From Bdellovibrionia bacterium (lineage in GTDB: Bacteria > Bdellovibrionota > UBA1018): a stretch of DNA of 21,084 nt. This document shows positions 8,885 through 17,083 of this stretch, one piece after another (positions within the stretch are counted from its first letter, which is position 1; every line of letters starts with the position of its first letter). Made by a program: the position numbers and the translations under genes. Under the pieces are notes generated by a model. That model saw only the letters and a list, made by a program, of their open reading frames with translations, searched no databases and had not been told where the DNA came from. The stretch lies in contig JBJMMA010000007.1 of assembly GCA_045805065.1 (NCBI GenBank), positions 1 through 21,084 on the forward strand. Direction: 5' to 3'.

Positions 8885-11884
8885 TCACGGCGAAGGCTCT
8901 GAGGCAAGGTTCTTTTTCAACATGTTATAAATACAGCCGCGAATGGAGAATGCGGGCCCCTTGCCCTGTTCTGCCCGCTCTATTCCCGTTTTCAATCTCT
9001 GATAAGTCGGAACCAACCCTCCAGTCAGTTTTCTTAACTCAGGATGGTCCTTCCAGTGGGGCAAAGAGAAAACCTCGTTATCGATGCGCTTTACGGATTC
9101 CAAAACATTTTCACTTCCGTCCGATTCGATTGCTTTGATCAACAAAGGAATGAACTCAGGGTGATTTTTTGCGTGAGGCTGAGATAAAGTGTAATGAGCG
9201 ACCAGGCTCCAAAGACCTCGCTTGCTCCAAGTACCTCGCTTCTTCAGCACTTTTTCAATGAACTCAGGCTGATCCATCCACTGAGGTTCGGAAAGAATCT
9301 GGTGCCCAAATAGGTCATATAAGCTCCAATTCCCTGTACTTGGAGAGCGATAAAGGGAATTAAACACCTCTGCATCGTCCAAGACCATGAATGCCCAATC
9401 CTGACGATAGTTCCAATGAGGTTGAGTTAGAACATATTGCGTGATCGCAAGACTGGCCGCCCCTTTTTTAATTAATGACTCGACGAACTCTGGATGATCC
9501 TTCCAATGCGGCTGAGCCAAAACATATTTGGCAATTGCGGGAGAGAGATTGTTGCGGAAGTCCCAAGACTCCAGTTTATCAATCAGTTTGCTCACAAATT
9601 CAGGATGATCCTTCCAATGAGGCTTAGAAAGAGCAAAGCGCGCGATTTCCTCATCCGCGCTCCCTCTTTTTAGGAGAGTCTCCACCCACTCGGGATGGTC
9701 TTTGGAAAACGGTTGGGACAAAACATATGCAGCGATATATGGATCGACTGTTCCCTTTTTTAAAAGGCTTTCCACAATGAAACGGGACTGAGGAGTCTCA
9801 TGAGGCTGGCCAATCACACCTCCAAAGAGAGTCCTTCTTACGTTGACGTCAACACCCTCCTTTGCGGCTAACTCAATGACCCACTCCGGATGATCTTTCC
9901 AATGCGGTTGAGTCAAAACATACTTCGCAAGCTCCACGTCCGCATTGCCCTCGTTCAAAATGGTCCTGACCCATTCGGGATGCTCTTTTGTATCAGGTTG
10001 AGATAAAATCCGCTTTGCAATATCAGGATGGAGTTGTGAATATCGTATCGCGCTTCGAATCCAATCCGGATGCTTCTGAATAATGGGATGACTCACAATA
10101 TAGCGGGCCACCCGCTCATCACGCTGCTGATCCCTGACGAACCTAGCCCCCCATTCTTCGACCCACTCGTCCTGTTTCAACCAATGCGGTAAGCTCAGAA
10201 TTCGCTCTGCGATCCAGCCGTCCTCAATTCCCTTGCTCCTTAAAAGATGAATCATGTCTGGATAGTTTTCAGACCCAGGCAAGGCGCTCCACTCGGCTAG
10301 TAACCGAGAACTCATGATGTCGACACCTGAAGCATTTTTGATTTTAGTTTGAACGACTTCAAAGATCTCATTCAACTGCCGCTCATCCAAGGCCAGCATC
10401 TTATTCCCGATCCGCCTTTTGAATTTTTCGATGATGCCCCGATCACCGAACCCAAACCCAAAGCTATCGCCAGCCAGAATTCGGAAGTATTCGACCGGGC
10501 CAATGCTTAGACTTTCAGGAATGACTCTCAAAGCAGCTTTGTTTTTGACAACAACGTAATCATGCTCCTTGAGATAATCAAAATCAGCGCCCTGTCGTGC
10601 ATCAGGATCCAAGTGAAAGCGGATCGTCAAACCCGTGCCTCGAGCTCCTTCTCGACCTACGCGGGCGTAAAAACCGTTTCCATAAGCAGCCACTTCTCCC
10701 GGATTATTTTTCCGAGATATTAAGACATTGGGGTCACCCGTATGAGCTTTGGTGATACTCTCATAAGCTAAAAAGTTGTTGGTCTCATGTGCGACAACGT
10801 CAATCCCAAGCTCTTGAGCAGTCTTTCTAAATCCTTTTCCAAGAGGCTTGGTTCGTAGAGGTTCTTTGTTCATCCACCAGGCTAAGGAATCCGTGTCGCC
10901 TGCATTGTCATTGATCCGGATGAGCTTCTGTCTCAAACCCAAGCCTTCGAGCGTATCCCAGGCGTATTCGATATTAACGGCATTCTGAATCAGCTTCTTT
11001 CCATTCTTTTCGATCCAGTTTGCGACATATGAGTTTTTAGTGCCTTTTTGGGGGTTAAAACCATCAATCACTTTCTTAAGATGCTTAAGATCTTCGGGCC
11101 TAATCTCCAGCTCGTACTGAAAAGCCTTGGTGAGAAATCGGATCACAGAAAGGATCGGAGGATTTCTGCCCTCTTTGGCAAACTTGGTCGATCCATGACT
11201 TGGAGAAAAATAGTAGTGAAGCATTCCATCGTGAACGTCTTTCAGGAAGAAAGGCTCTTTGGAATTCCAGTCCCTCACATCTCTGACAACGGACTCCCCT
11301 GCTTGTGGCTTTGTGATTTCGATGAGACCTGTGGAGTTTGAGTCGGAATGTTGGTTGAGAAAGTCTGGGTTTTTCAGAATTGCAAGCTTATCGCCCATGT
11401 CTTGCGTAAGGAGTCTCACTTCCCACGCGGTCTTTGAGCCTTGAAGGTGCGGATACTTTTCCTGCAGCGCCGTTTGAAGTTTTTGCGCTTGATCAGCGTT
11501 TCCATCAATCACGATGTCCAAGTCTTGAGTGGAGCGATAGATATTGGTGTAGTCGTAATCAAAACGATCTTGTTGAAAACGCGTATCGCCCTTCTCGCGC
11601 TGCATGTCCCATTTTACGTAATGCGCATAGCCCGCAGCCGTCCCCCCAAAGAGCCAGGCTCGCACTCCAAGCTTTGCAGCCTCTTGCTCGATAAATCGAA
11701 ACTCTTCGACTCGCTTGAGTCGATCTGCGATCCCTTGCTCAAGATCTTGAAGAGAAGGAGTTTGGGTCGAATGGGCTATTTCAGACGTTGCCGCAAGCGA
11801 CAGCTGTGGCATCCAACATGCCTGCGACGTAGCAAGCAGCATCATCGAAACAATCATCTGAAATAGACTCAACCGATTTCGCAT
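8885..11884 (-). CDS. Putative secreted NTase-like + ART-like + helical-repeat protein (paralogue A, 999 aa)
   Basis: Hydrophobic N-terminus ending SLA-A. WLFGG...DLD (D121/D123)...WEV, then AHET (H366)...YGNGFY (Y406)...DYVVV, ~13 repeats, and the tail FSIRGCIYNML. Confidence 0.85.
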   Translation of the reverse strand: MRNRLSLFQMIVSMMLLATSQACWMPQLSLAATSEIAHSTQTPSLQDLEQGIADRLKRVEEFRFIEQEAAKLGVRAWLFGGTAAGYAHYVKWDMQREKGDTRFQQDRFDYDYTNIYRSTQDLDIVIDGNADQAQKLQTALQEKYPHLQGSKTAWEVRLLTQDMGDKLAILKNPDFLNQHSDSNSTGLIEITKPQAGESVVRDVRDWNSKEPFFLKDVHDGMLHYYFSPSHGSTKFAKEGRNPPILSVIRFLTKAFQYELEIRPEDLKHLKKVIDGFNPQKGTKNSYVANWIEKNGKKLIQNAVNIEYAWDTLEGLGLRQKLIRINDNAGDTDSLAWWMNKEPLRTKPLGKGFRKTAQELGIDVVAHETNNFLAYESITKAHTGDPNVLISRKNNPGEVAAYGNGFYARVGREGARGTGLTIRFHLDPDARQGADFDYLKEHDYVVVKNKAALRVIPESLSIGPVEYFRILAGDSFGFGFGDRGIIEKFKRRIGNKMLALDERQLNEIFEVVQTKIKNASGVDIMSSRLLAEWSALPGSENYPDMIHLLRSKGIEDGWIAERILSLPHWLKQDEWVEEWGARFVRDQQRDERVARYIVSHPIIQKHPDWIRSAIRYSQLHPDIAKRILSQPDTKEHPEWVRTILNEGNADVELAKYVLTQPHWKDHPEWVIELAAKEGVDVNVRRTLFGGVIGQPHETPQSRFIVESLLKKGTVDPYIAAYVLSQPFSKDHPEWVETLLKRGSADEEIARFALSKPHWKDHPEFVSKLIDKLESWDFRNNLSPAIAKYVLAQPHWKDHPEFVESLIKKGAASLAITQYVLTQPHWNYRQDWAFMVLDDAEVFNSLYRSPSTGNWSLYDLFGHQILSEPQWMDQPEFIEKVLKKRGTWSKRGLWSLVAHYTLSQPHAKNHPEFIPLLIKAIESDGSENVLESVKRIDNEVFSLPHWKDHPELRKLTGGLVPTYQRLKTGIERAEQGKGPAFSIRGCIYNMLKKNLASEPSP
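9035..10291 (-). repeat. ~13 protein-level repeats, ~30-aa core, paralogue A
   Basis: For example LSQPDTKEHPEWVRTILNEGNADVELAKYV, LSQPFSKDHPEWVETLLKRGSADEEIARFA and LAQPHWKDHPEFVESLIKKGAASLAITQYV. Confidence 0.9.
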
Positions 11885-11894
11885 TCCTGAGCCT

Positions 11895-13901
11895 CTATGG
11901 TTTTACGTCCATTTGTTGAAGGTGCCCGATCATACATGGCCCAGCACCTAAAGTGCTACTCAAAGTCTCGCCACGTGCGAAGGCTTGGGCTAGTTTTTCT
12001 GCCGTAGGCTTTTCTCCGCCAGTCAGCTTGAGAAGCGAAGGATGCTCTTTCCAATGAGCCTTGGAAAGCGCAAGGGCTTGGACATAATACTGCGAGTTTC
12101 CGGCCTTGTTTTTGAGAATGTACTCAATCAGCTCGGGATGGACCTTCCATTCGGGTCTATTGAGAACGCTCGTTATCACTGCTTGAACGTCGTGATCTCC
12201 GGGACTCTTGTCCAAAATCGCTTTTACGATCTCGGGATGATCCAATGAGATCGGCATATCAAACCATTCGGAAAGAACGGGGATCATGCCCGTTTTCTTG
12301 CTCCACATATCGCCGACTTCAATGGAAACCGATGGCGCGCGATCAACGCTTTCTTTGATCGTGTTTAAAATCTTGTCCACCTGATCTTTTGACCAGGTCT
12401 TGGATTTAGCAGCGATCTTTCTCTTCACTTTATCAAGCATGCTGCGAGTGCCATTATCTAGCTTACGCTGATGCCGAGCAAGAGACTGAAAGTACTCAAC
12501 AGGATCGCCGTTGACACTCTCTGGGATCACGTGGATGGCGGCCTTGTTGTGGATAATCACGTAGTTTTTTTCAAGAACTCGGGTAAAGTCCTCGCCTTCG
12601 CGAGCGTTGGGATCTAAGCGAAACTTGATATTCAGTCCCCCGTTTCGATCGCCCTGTTCGCCGACTTTGGTGTAGAAACCTTCGCCGTATTTCGCAGCTT
12701 CGTCCACGGCACTATCGCGGGAACTCAGAACGTTTGCATCACCCATCAATGAGCTTGTGATGATTTCATAAGCCTGGATGCTATTCGTCTCATGAGCGAG
12801 GGTATCCAGACCAAGCTCTCGCGCTGTTTTTCCGGTCCCTTTGCCAACAGGTTTCGCGCGAAGTGGTTCTTTAGTTAACCACCAAGCCAAAGATTCGGGT
12901 TGGTACACATTGCCGGGGATGGCTTGAAGCTTTTTCTTGAGCCCAAGTTTTTCCAAAGTATCCGACACCAACTCGATATTGGTTGCGTGCTGAAAGAGCT
13001 TCCGTCCATTGTATTCCACCGCATGAGAGGCGTACTGTGTTTGAAGATCTTTCGCGGGATTGAACTCTTCGACTACTTTTTTGATTTGAGCAAGATCCTG
13101 GGGCGGGATCTGCAGATCATATTGAAAGGCCTTAGTCAGATAACGGATGACCGATAAGATCGGCGGGTTTCGTCCATCTTTTGCAAACTGTGTTGTCGAG
13201 TGAAGCGGAGAAAAATAATAGTGAACGACGCCATCATGGACATCTTTTAAGAAAGCAGGTTCTTTCGCGTTCCATTCTCGAACATCCCTGACAACGCCTT
13301 CGCCTGCTTTTGACTTCGTAATTTCAATCATGCCGACGGAGCTTGAATCCGTGTGCTGATTCATGAAATCAGGGTTATTTAAAATAGCGAATTTCTCTCC
13401 CTTGTTTTGGGCGAGAAGGCGCACCTCCCATGCACTCTTATCACCTTGGCGATGTGGATATTTCAGTTCGAGCATGCGTTGCAGCTGTTCTGCCTGCTCG
13501 GGACTGCCATCAATCACAACGTCCAAGTCTTGCGTAGAGCGATAAATGCTTGTGTAGTCGTAATCAAAACGGCCTTTTTGAATGCGCGAATCGCCACTTT
13601 CACGCTGCATATCCCATTTCACATAATGCGCGTAGGCTGAGGCAGTACCACCAAAGAGCCAGGCTCGCACGCCAAGCTTTGCAGCCTCTTGTTCAATAAA
13701 ACGAAACTCTTCGACTCGCTTGAGTCGATCCGAAATTCCATGCTCAAGCTCTTGAAGCGTTGATGCTTTGATAGATTGAGTATTTACCGTACTGCCAGAG
13801 GGCGTAGCCCATGCACGGTTTGAAATCCCTGCGGCCTGGAACACTACTGTAAGCGCGATCCAAGCGGTCACTTGAAAAACGACATGAAATGGCGTCTTCA
13901 T
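11895..13901 (-). CDS. Putative secreted NTase-like + ART-like protein (paralogue B, 668 aa, 3 repeats)
   Basis: Signal peptide ending AWA-T. WLFGG...DLDVVID, AHET...YGEGFY...NYVII, and the tail GAGPCMIGHL. The start overlaps the stop of paralogue C (ATGA). Confidence 0.85.
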   Translation of the reverse strand: MKTPFHVVFQVTAWIALTVVFQAAGISNRAWATPSGSTVNTQSIKASTLQELEHGISDRLKRVEEFRFIEQEAAKLGVRAWLFGGTASAYAHYVKWDMQRESGDSRIQKGRFDYDYTSIYRSTQDLDVVIDGSPEQAEQLQRMLELKYPHRQGDKSAWEVRLLAQNKGEKFAILNNPDFMNQHTDSSSVGMIEITKSKAGEGVVRDVREWNAKEPAFLKDVHDGVVHYYFSPLHSTTQFAKDGRNPPILSVIRYLTKAFQYDLQIPPQDLAQIKKVVEEFNPAKDLQTQYASHAVEYNGRKLFQHATNIELVSDTLEKLGLKKKLQAIPGNVYQPESLAWWLTKEPLRAKPVGKGTGKTARELGLDTLAHETNSIQAYEIITSSLMGDANVLSSRDSAVDEAAKYGEGFYTKVGEQGDRNGGLNIKFRLDPNAREGEDFTRVLEKNYVIIHNKAAIHVIPESVNGDPVEYFQSLARHQRKLDNGTRSMLDKVKRKIAAKSKTWSKDQVDKILNTIKESVDRAPSVSIEVGDMWSKKTGMIPVLSEWFDMPISLDHPEIVKAILDKSPGDHDVQAVITSVLNRPEWKVHPELIEYILKNKAGNSQYYVQALALSKAHWKEHPSLLKLTGGEKPTAEKLAQAFARGETLSSTLGAGPCMIGHLQQMDVKP

Positions 13902-16753
13902 TCGTTTGCCTCCACAGCCAGCCGTTTATTGAGCATGTTGTAGATACAACCACGAATCGAGAAAGCAGGCCCCCTGCCTTGCTCCGCGCGCTTCATCCCT
14001 ACTTTCAGATTTTTATAAGTGGGCGGAAGCCCTCCCGTTAGCCGTCGAAGCTCGGGATGATCCATCCAGTGAGGTTGAGAAAGAACCTTCTTATTGAAGT
14101 ACTCAATCTGGTCGCTATCAAGGGGGCGTTTCATGAGCTGGATGACAAACTCTGAATGATCCTTCCATTGCGGAAGAGAAACCAGGTCCATGCCAGACCG
14201 GCCCATTGACCTATTGAGGATAATTTCAACGAACTCGGGGTGATCTTTCCAAAGCGGTTTTGAAAGTACATCGGCCGCGACTAGATCCATTACGTGAGTG
14301 GTTTTTACGAACCGCTCAAGGAGCTCGGGATGTGCGGCCCATTGCTTCTGCGAAAAAACATTCCTGATCAGCTGAACATCAACTTTCCAATTTCGTTTAT
14401 TCATCAGGCTTTTGATAAACTCAGGATGCTCTATCCAATGGGGTTGAGATAAAACTACTGTTCCCAAAACATCAGCAGCGCGATCAACCTCAGCTCCATA
14501 AAGCTCCGGATGCGTGATCACATCCATCACCAAACGCTCCATTACCGGCCACTGAGTTTTCCAGTGAGGCATGGAAAACACGTATTTGATCAAACGCATC
14601 CGCGCATTAAAGTCTCTTATCGAAAACCGCTCCAACCATTCCGGATGATTCGCTGACTCAGGTTGCGTCAGAATGCTTGTCATGATCGTTTCGTCAACCT
14701 TCCCACGCGCCATCAGAAGATCTATCCACTCGGGATGTGCCTTTATAGTGTCAGGCTGAACGAGAATGAATCTGCTGATCTCCTCATCTGCCGTTCCTCT
14801 TTTCAAAAGGTCATCAACCCAGCCTGGTCGGTCCTTCCAATGAGGCTGAGAGAGAACGTCTCGTGCGAGAACTCTATCGATGTCTCCATGACCGAGTAAA
14901 AGATCCACCCACTCTGGATGTGCTTTAGCTTCCGGTTTTGAAAGAACACGGGATGCGATCGCAACACGAACGTCTTTGACTTTTCTATGGAGAAGCTCAG
15001 AGATCCATCGCGACCATTGCGGAAGCTCGAGCCAGCGCGATTGACTAAGTACTGATTCCACCAGGAAAGAATCCGCAGTACCATGCTTAACGACCCAGTC
15101 TACGATCTCAGGCCATCGAGAAGACTGAGGCGAATCAAACCAAGCCTTTAAAACAGCGGAACGCTTTAAATCTTGCGAGTTAATGATTTCGTTTTTGACG
15201 ATTTTTAATATTTCTTGAATCTCACTTTCACTCGCGGCCGAAAGCTTGGCGCCGATTCGTCGCTTTAATTTTTCTAGAATCCCAAGATCGCTGTGATCAA
15301 TGGCCGCTTGATCCTGTGCAAGCATTTCAAAATACTCGACTGGCCCGACATTCAGACTTTCAGGAATGACCTTGAGCGCGGCTTTATTTCGGACAATGAT
15401 AAAATTAGCGTCACTTTCTCTGATAAAATCGACGTTCTCTCGAGCCTCCGGATTCAAATGAAAGCGGATGGTCAGTCCCGTGCCGCGCGCCCCTTCCTTT
15501 CCTATCTTTGTGTAAAAACCATTGCCATAGTGTGCCGCCTCGCCAACCGCGTCATTACGCGAGATCAAAACATTGGGATCACCAGTATGAGCACGCGTGA
15601 TGCTCTCATAAGCCAAAAAACTGTTTGTCTCGTGAGCAACAATATCGAGGCCAAGCTCTCTGGCAGTCTTTCCAAAACCTTTTGCTAACGCTCGGGTCCG
15701 CAAAGGCTCTTTGTTCATCCACCAAGCCAAGGTCTCGACTGTGTTGGGATCGTCTTTGATCGCGATCAGCTTTTTTCGAAGGCCGAGCTCTTCAAGCGTG
15801 TCCCAGGCATATTCAATATTGACCGCGTTCTGGATGAGCTTCTTTCCATTCTTTTCGATCCAATTCGATACATAAGAGTTTTCCGTGTCTTTCTTTGGAT
15901 CGAACTCCGCGATCACTTTTTTTATGCTCTTAAGTTCCTCAGGCCTGACCTCGAGTTCGTATTGGAAAGCCTTGGTGAGATAACGGATTACGGACAGTAT
16001 CGGAGGATTACGACCTTCTTTAGCGAACTTGGTCGATTTATGATTTGAAGAAAAGTAATAGTGAAGCTTTCCTTCGTGTACGTCTTTAAGAAAGAATGGC
16101 TCTCTCGAGTTCCAGTCTCTGACGTCTCGTACGACAGAATCCCCTGCTTTTGGCTTTGTAATTTCAATCAGCCCTGTGGAATTTGAGTCGGTATGCTGAT
16201 TGAGAAAATCCGGGTTATTTAAGATCGCAAGCTTATCGCCCATGTCTTGAGTGAGCAGACGCACTTCCCAGGCAGTCTTGGAGCCCTGCAGATGCGGATA
16301 TCTTTCTTGGAGCGTCGCCTGGAGCTTTTGTGCCTGGGACGCATCACCATCAATGACGATATCGAGATCTTGCGTGGAGCGATAGATATTGGTGTAGTCG
16401 TAATCAAAGCGATCCTTCTGAAACCTTGGATCACCCTTCTCACGCTGCATGTCCCACTTTACGTAATGGGCATAGCCTGCAGCTGTTCCACCAAAGAGCC
16501 AGGCTCGCACGCCAAGCTTTGCGGCCTCCTGCTCAATGAAGCGAAACTCGTCGACTCTTTTCAGCCGATCCGCGATTCCATGTTCAAACTCTTGAAGCGT
16601 CGGAGATTTGACAGTTTGAGAGGCTGTATCTTTTTCAAATGGCGCAGCAAAGGTCGCACAAGGCACCCAAAGTGCCTGCGGCGCCACCAAAAGCGCAATC
16701 AAAACAACGGCGTGAGAAATACCCCCCAAACGAGTCCTCATCCATGGACTCAT
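13898..16753 (-). CDS. Putative secreted NTase-like + ART-like + helical-repeat protein (paralogue C, 951 aa)
   Basis: Signal peptide ending TFA-A. WLFGG...DLDIVID, AHET...YGNGFY...NFIIV, ~12 repeats, and the tail FSIRGCIYNML. The start could be ATG 16753 or ATG 16741. Confidence 0.85.
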   Translation of the reverse strand: MSPWMRTRLGGISHAVVLIALLVAPQALWVPCATFAAPFEKDTASQTVKSPTLQEFEHGIADRLKRVDEFRFIEQEAAKLGVRAWLFGGTAAGYAHYVKWDMQREKGDPRFQKDRFDYDYTNIYRSTQDLDIVIDGDASQAQKLQATLQERYPHLQGSKTAWEVRLLTQDMGDKLAILNNPDFLNQHTDSNSTGLIEITKPKAGDSVVRDVRDWNSREPFFLKDVHEGKLHYYFSSNHKSTKFAKEGRNPPILSVIRYLTKAFQYELEVRPEELKSIKKVIAEFDPKKDTENSYVSNWIEKNGKKLIQNAVNIEYAWDTLEELGLRKKLIAIKDDPNTVETLAWWMNKEPLRTRALAKGFGKTARELGLDIVAHETNSFLAYESITRAHTGDPNVLISRNDAVGEAAHYGNGFYTKIGKEGARGTGLTIRFHLNPEARENVDFIRESDANFIIVRNKAALKVIPESLNVGPVEYFEMLAQDQAAIDHSDLGILEKLKRRIGAKLSAASESEIQEILKIVKNEIINSQDLKRSAVLKAWFDSPQSSRWPEIVDWVVKHGTADSFLVESVLSQSRWLELPQWSRWISELLHRKVKDVRVAIASRVLSKPEAKAHPEWVDLLLGHGDIDRVLARDVLSQPHWKDRPGWVDDLLKRGTADEEISRFILVQPDTIKAHPEWIDLLMARGKVDETIMTSILTQPESANHPEWLERFSIRDFNARMRLIKYVFSMPHWKTQWPVMERLVMDVITHPELYGAEVDRAADVLGTVVLSQPHWIEHPEFIKSLMNKRNWKVDVQLIRNVFSQKQWAAHPELLERFVKTTHVMDLVAADVLSKPLWKDHPEFVEIILNRSMGRSGMDLVSLPQWKDHSEFVIQLMKRPLDSDQIEYFNKKVLSQPHWMDHPELRRLTGGLPPTYKNLKVGMKRAEQGRGPAFSIRGCIYNMLNKRLAVEANE
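14048..15142 (-). repeat. ~12 protein-level repeats, ~30-aa core, paralogue C
   Basis: For example LSKPEAKAHPEWVDLLLGHGDIDRVLARDV and LSQPHWKDRPGWVDDLLKRGTADEEISRFI. Confidence 0.9.
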
Positions 16754-16783
16754 CGGAGCTTTTTAGAAAAAGAATTACTGTGG

Positions 16784-16806
16784 AACCGGTTAAAATTTAA
16801 CCGGTT
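16784..16806. repeat. Perfect inverted repeat (11-1-11), possible operator or RNA hairpin
   Basis: AACCGGTTAAA-A-TTTAACCGGTT. It overlaps the csbD stop codon and lies 30 nt upstream of paralogue C. Confidence 0.8.
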
Positions 16807-17033
16807 TTCTTAAACTTATCTTTGATGTCCTCAGTAACGTCTTCGGTCTTATCTTTTACGTCACCCATCAAGCCTTCGCCCTTACCTTTTAGGTTTTGAG
16901 TCTGGCCTTCTGTTTTCATATTCTCGGCATTTTTATCTTCAGATCGATGTTCAGACATATCGGCCATTTTTTCTTTAGCCTTGCCGACCGTTTCATCGAA
17001 TTTGCCTTTGAGCTTGTCTGTAAAACCACTCAT
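16797..17033 (-). CDS. csbD: CsbD-like general stress protein (78 aa)
   Basis: DKLKGKFDETVGKAKE...EGQTQNLKGK...GDVKD. An AGGAGG RBS at 17046-17041 precedes ATG 17033. Confidence 0.85.
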   Translation of the reverse strand: MSGFTDKLKGKFDETVGKAKEKMADMSEHRSEDKNAENMKTEGQTQNLKGKGEGLMGDVKDKTEDVTEDIKDKFKKTG

Positions 17034-17059
17034 AAATGAGCCTCCTGACAAGATGACGC

Positions 17060-17075
17060 AGCAAGACACATGCCT
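17060..17075 (-). promoter_or_regulatory. Putative sigma-54 promoter for csbD
   Basis: The minus strand reads AGGCATGTGTCTTGCT, a close match to TGGCACG-N4-TTGCW. The predicted +1 (~17049) falls just before the RBS. Confidence 0.65.
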
Positions 17076-17083
17076 AAGAGTGC

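Noticed and set aside
11810..11884. Lipoprotein signal in paralogue A (TSQAC)
   Set aside because: The lipobox is a poor match and the Cys is not conserved in B. SPase I cleavage at SLA-A fits better.
8885..16753. Diversity-generating retroelement behind the paralogue variation
   Set aside because: There is no reverse transcriptase or template/variable repeat pair in the window, and the differences are not adenine-specific.
8885..16753. Housekeeping cca/pcnB genes, or a CBASS/toxin-antitoxin-type defence locus
   Set aside because: The proteins carry signal peptides, have lost the RRD and EDxxR motifs and are triplicated. No cognate effector or antitoxin genes are present.
16750..16780. Sigma-28-like promoter (TAAT-N16-TCCGATGA) before paralogue C
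   Set aside because: The match is weak and overlaps the first ATG, so it is not supportable.
11441..16813. Mutually similar plus-strand ORFs 11441-11866, 13407-13640 and 16247-16813 as hidden immunity genes
   Set aside because: Their similarity is explained by lying antisense to the conserved 5' ends of the paralogues, and their starts and stops are not conserved.
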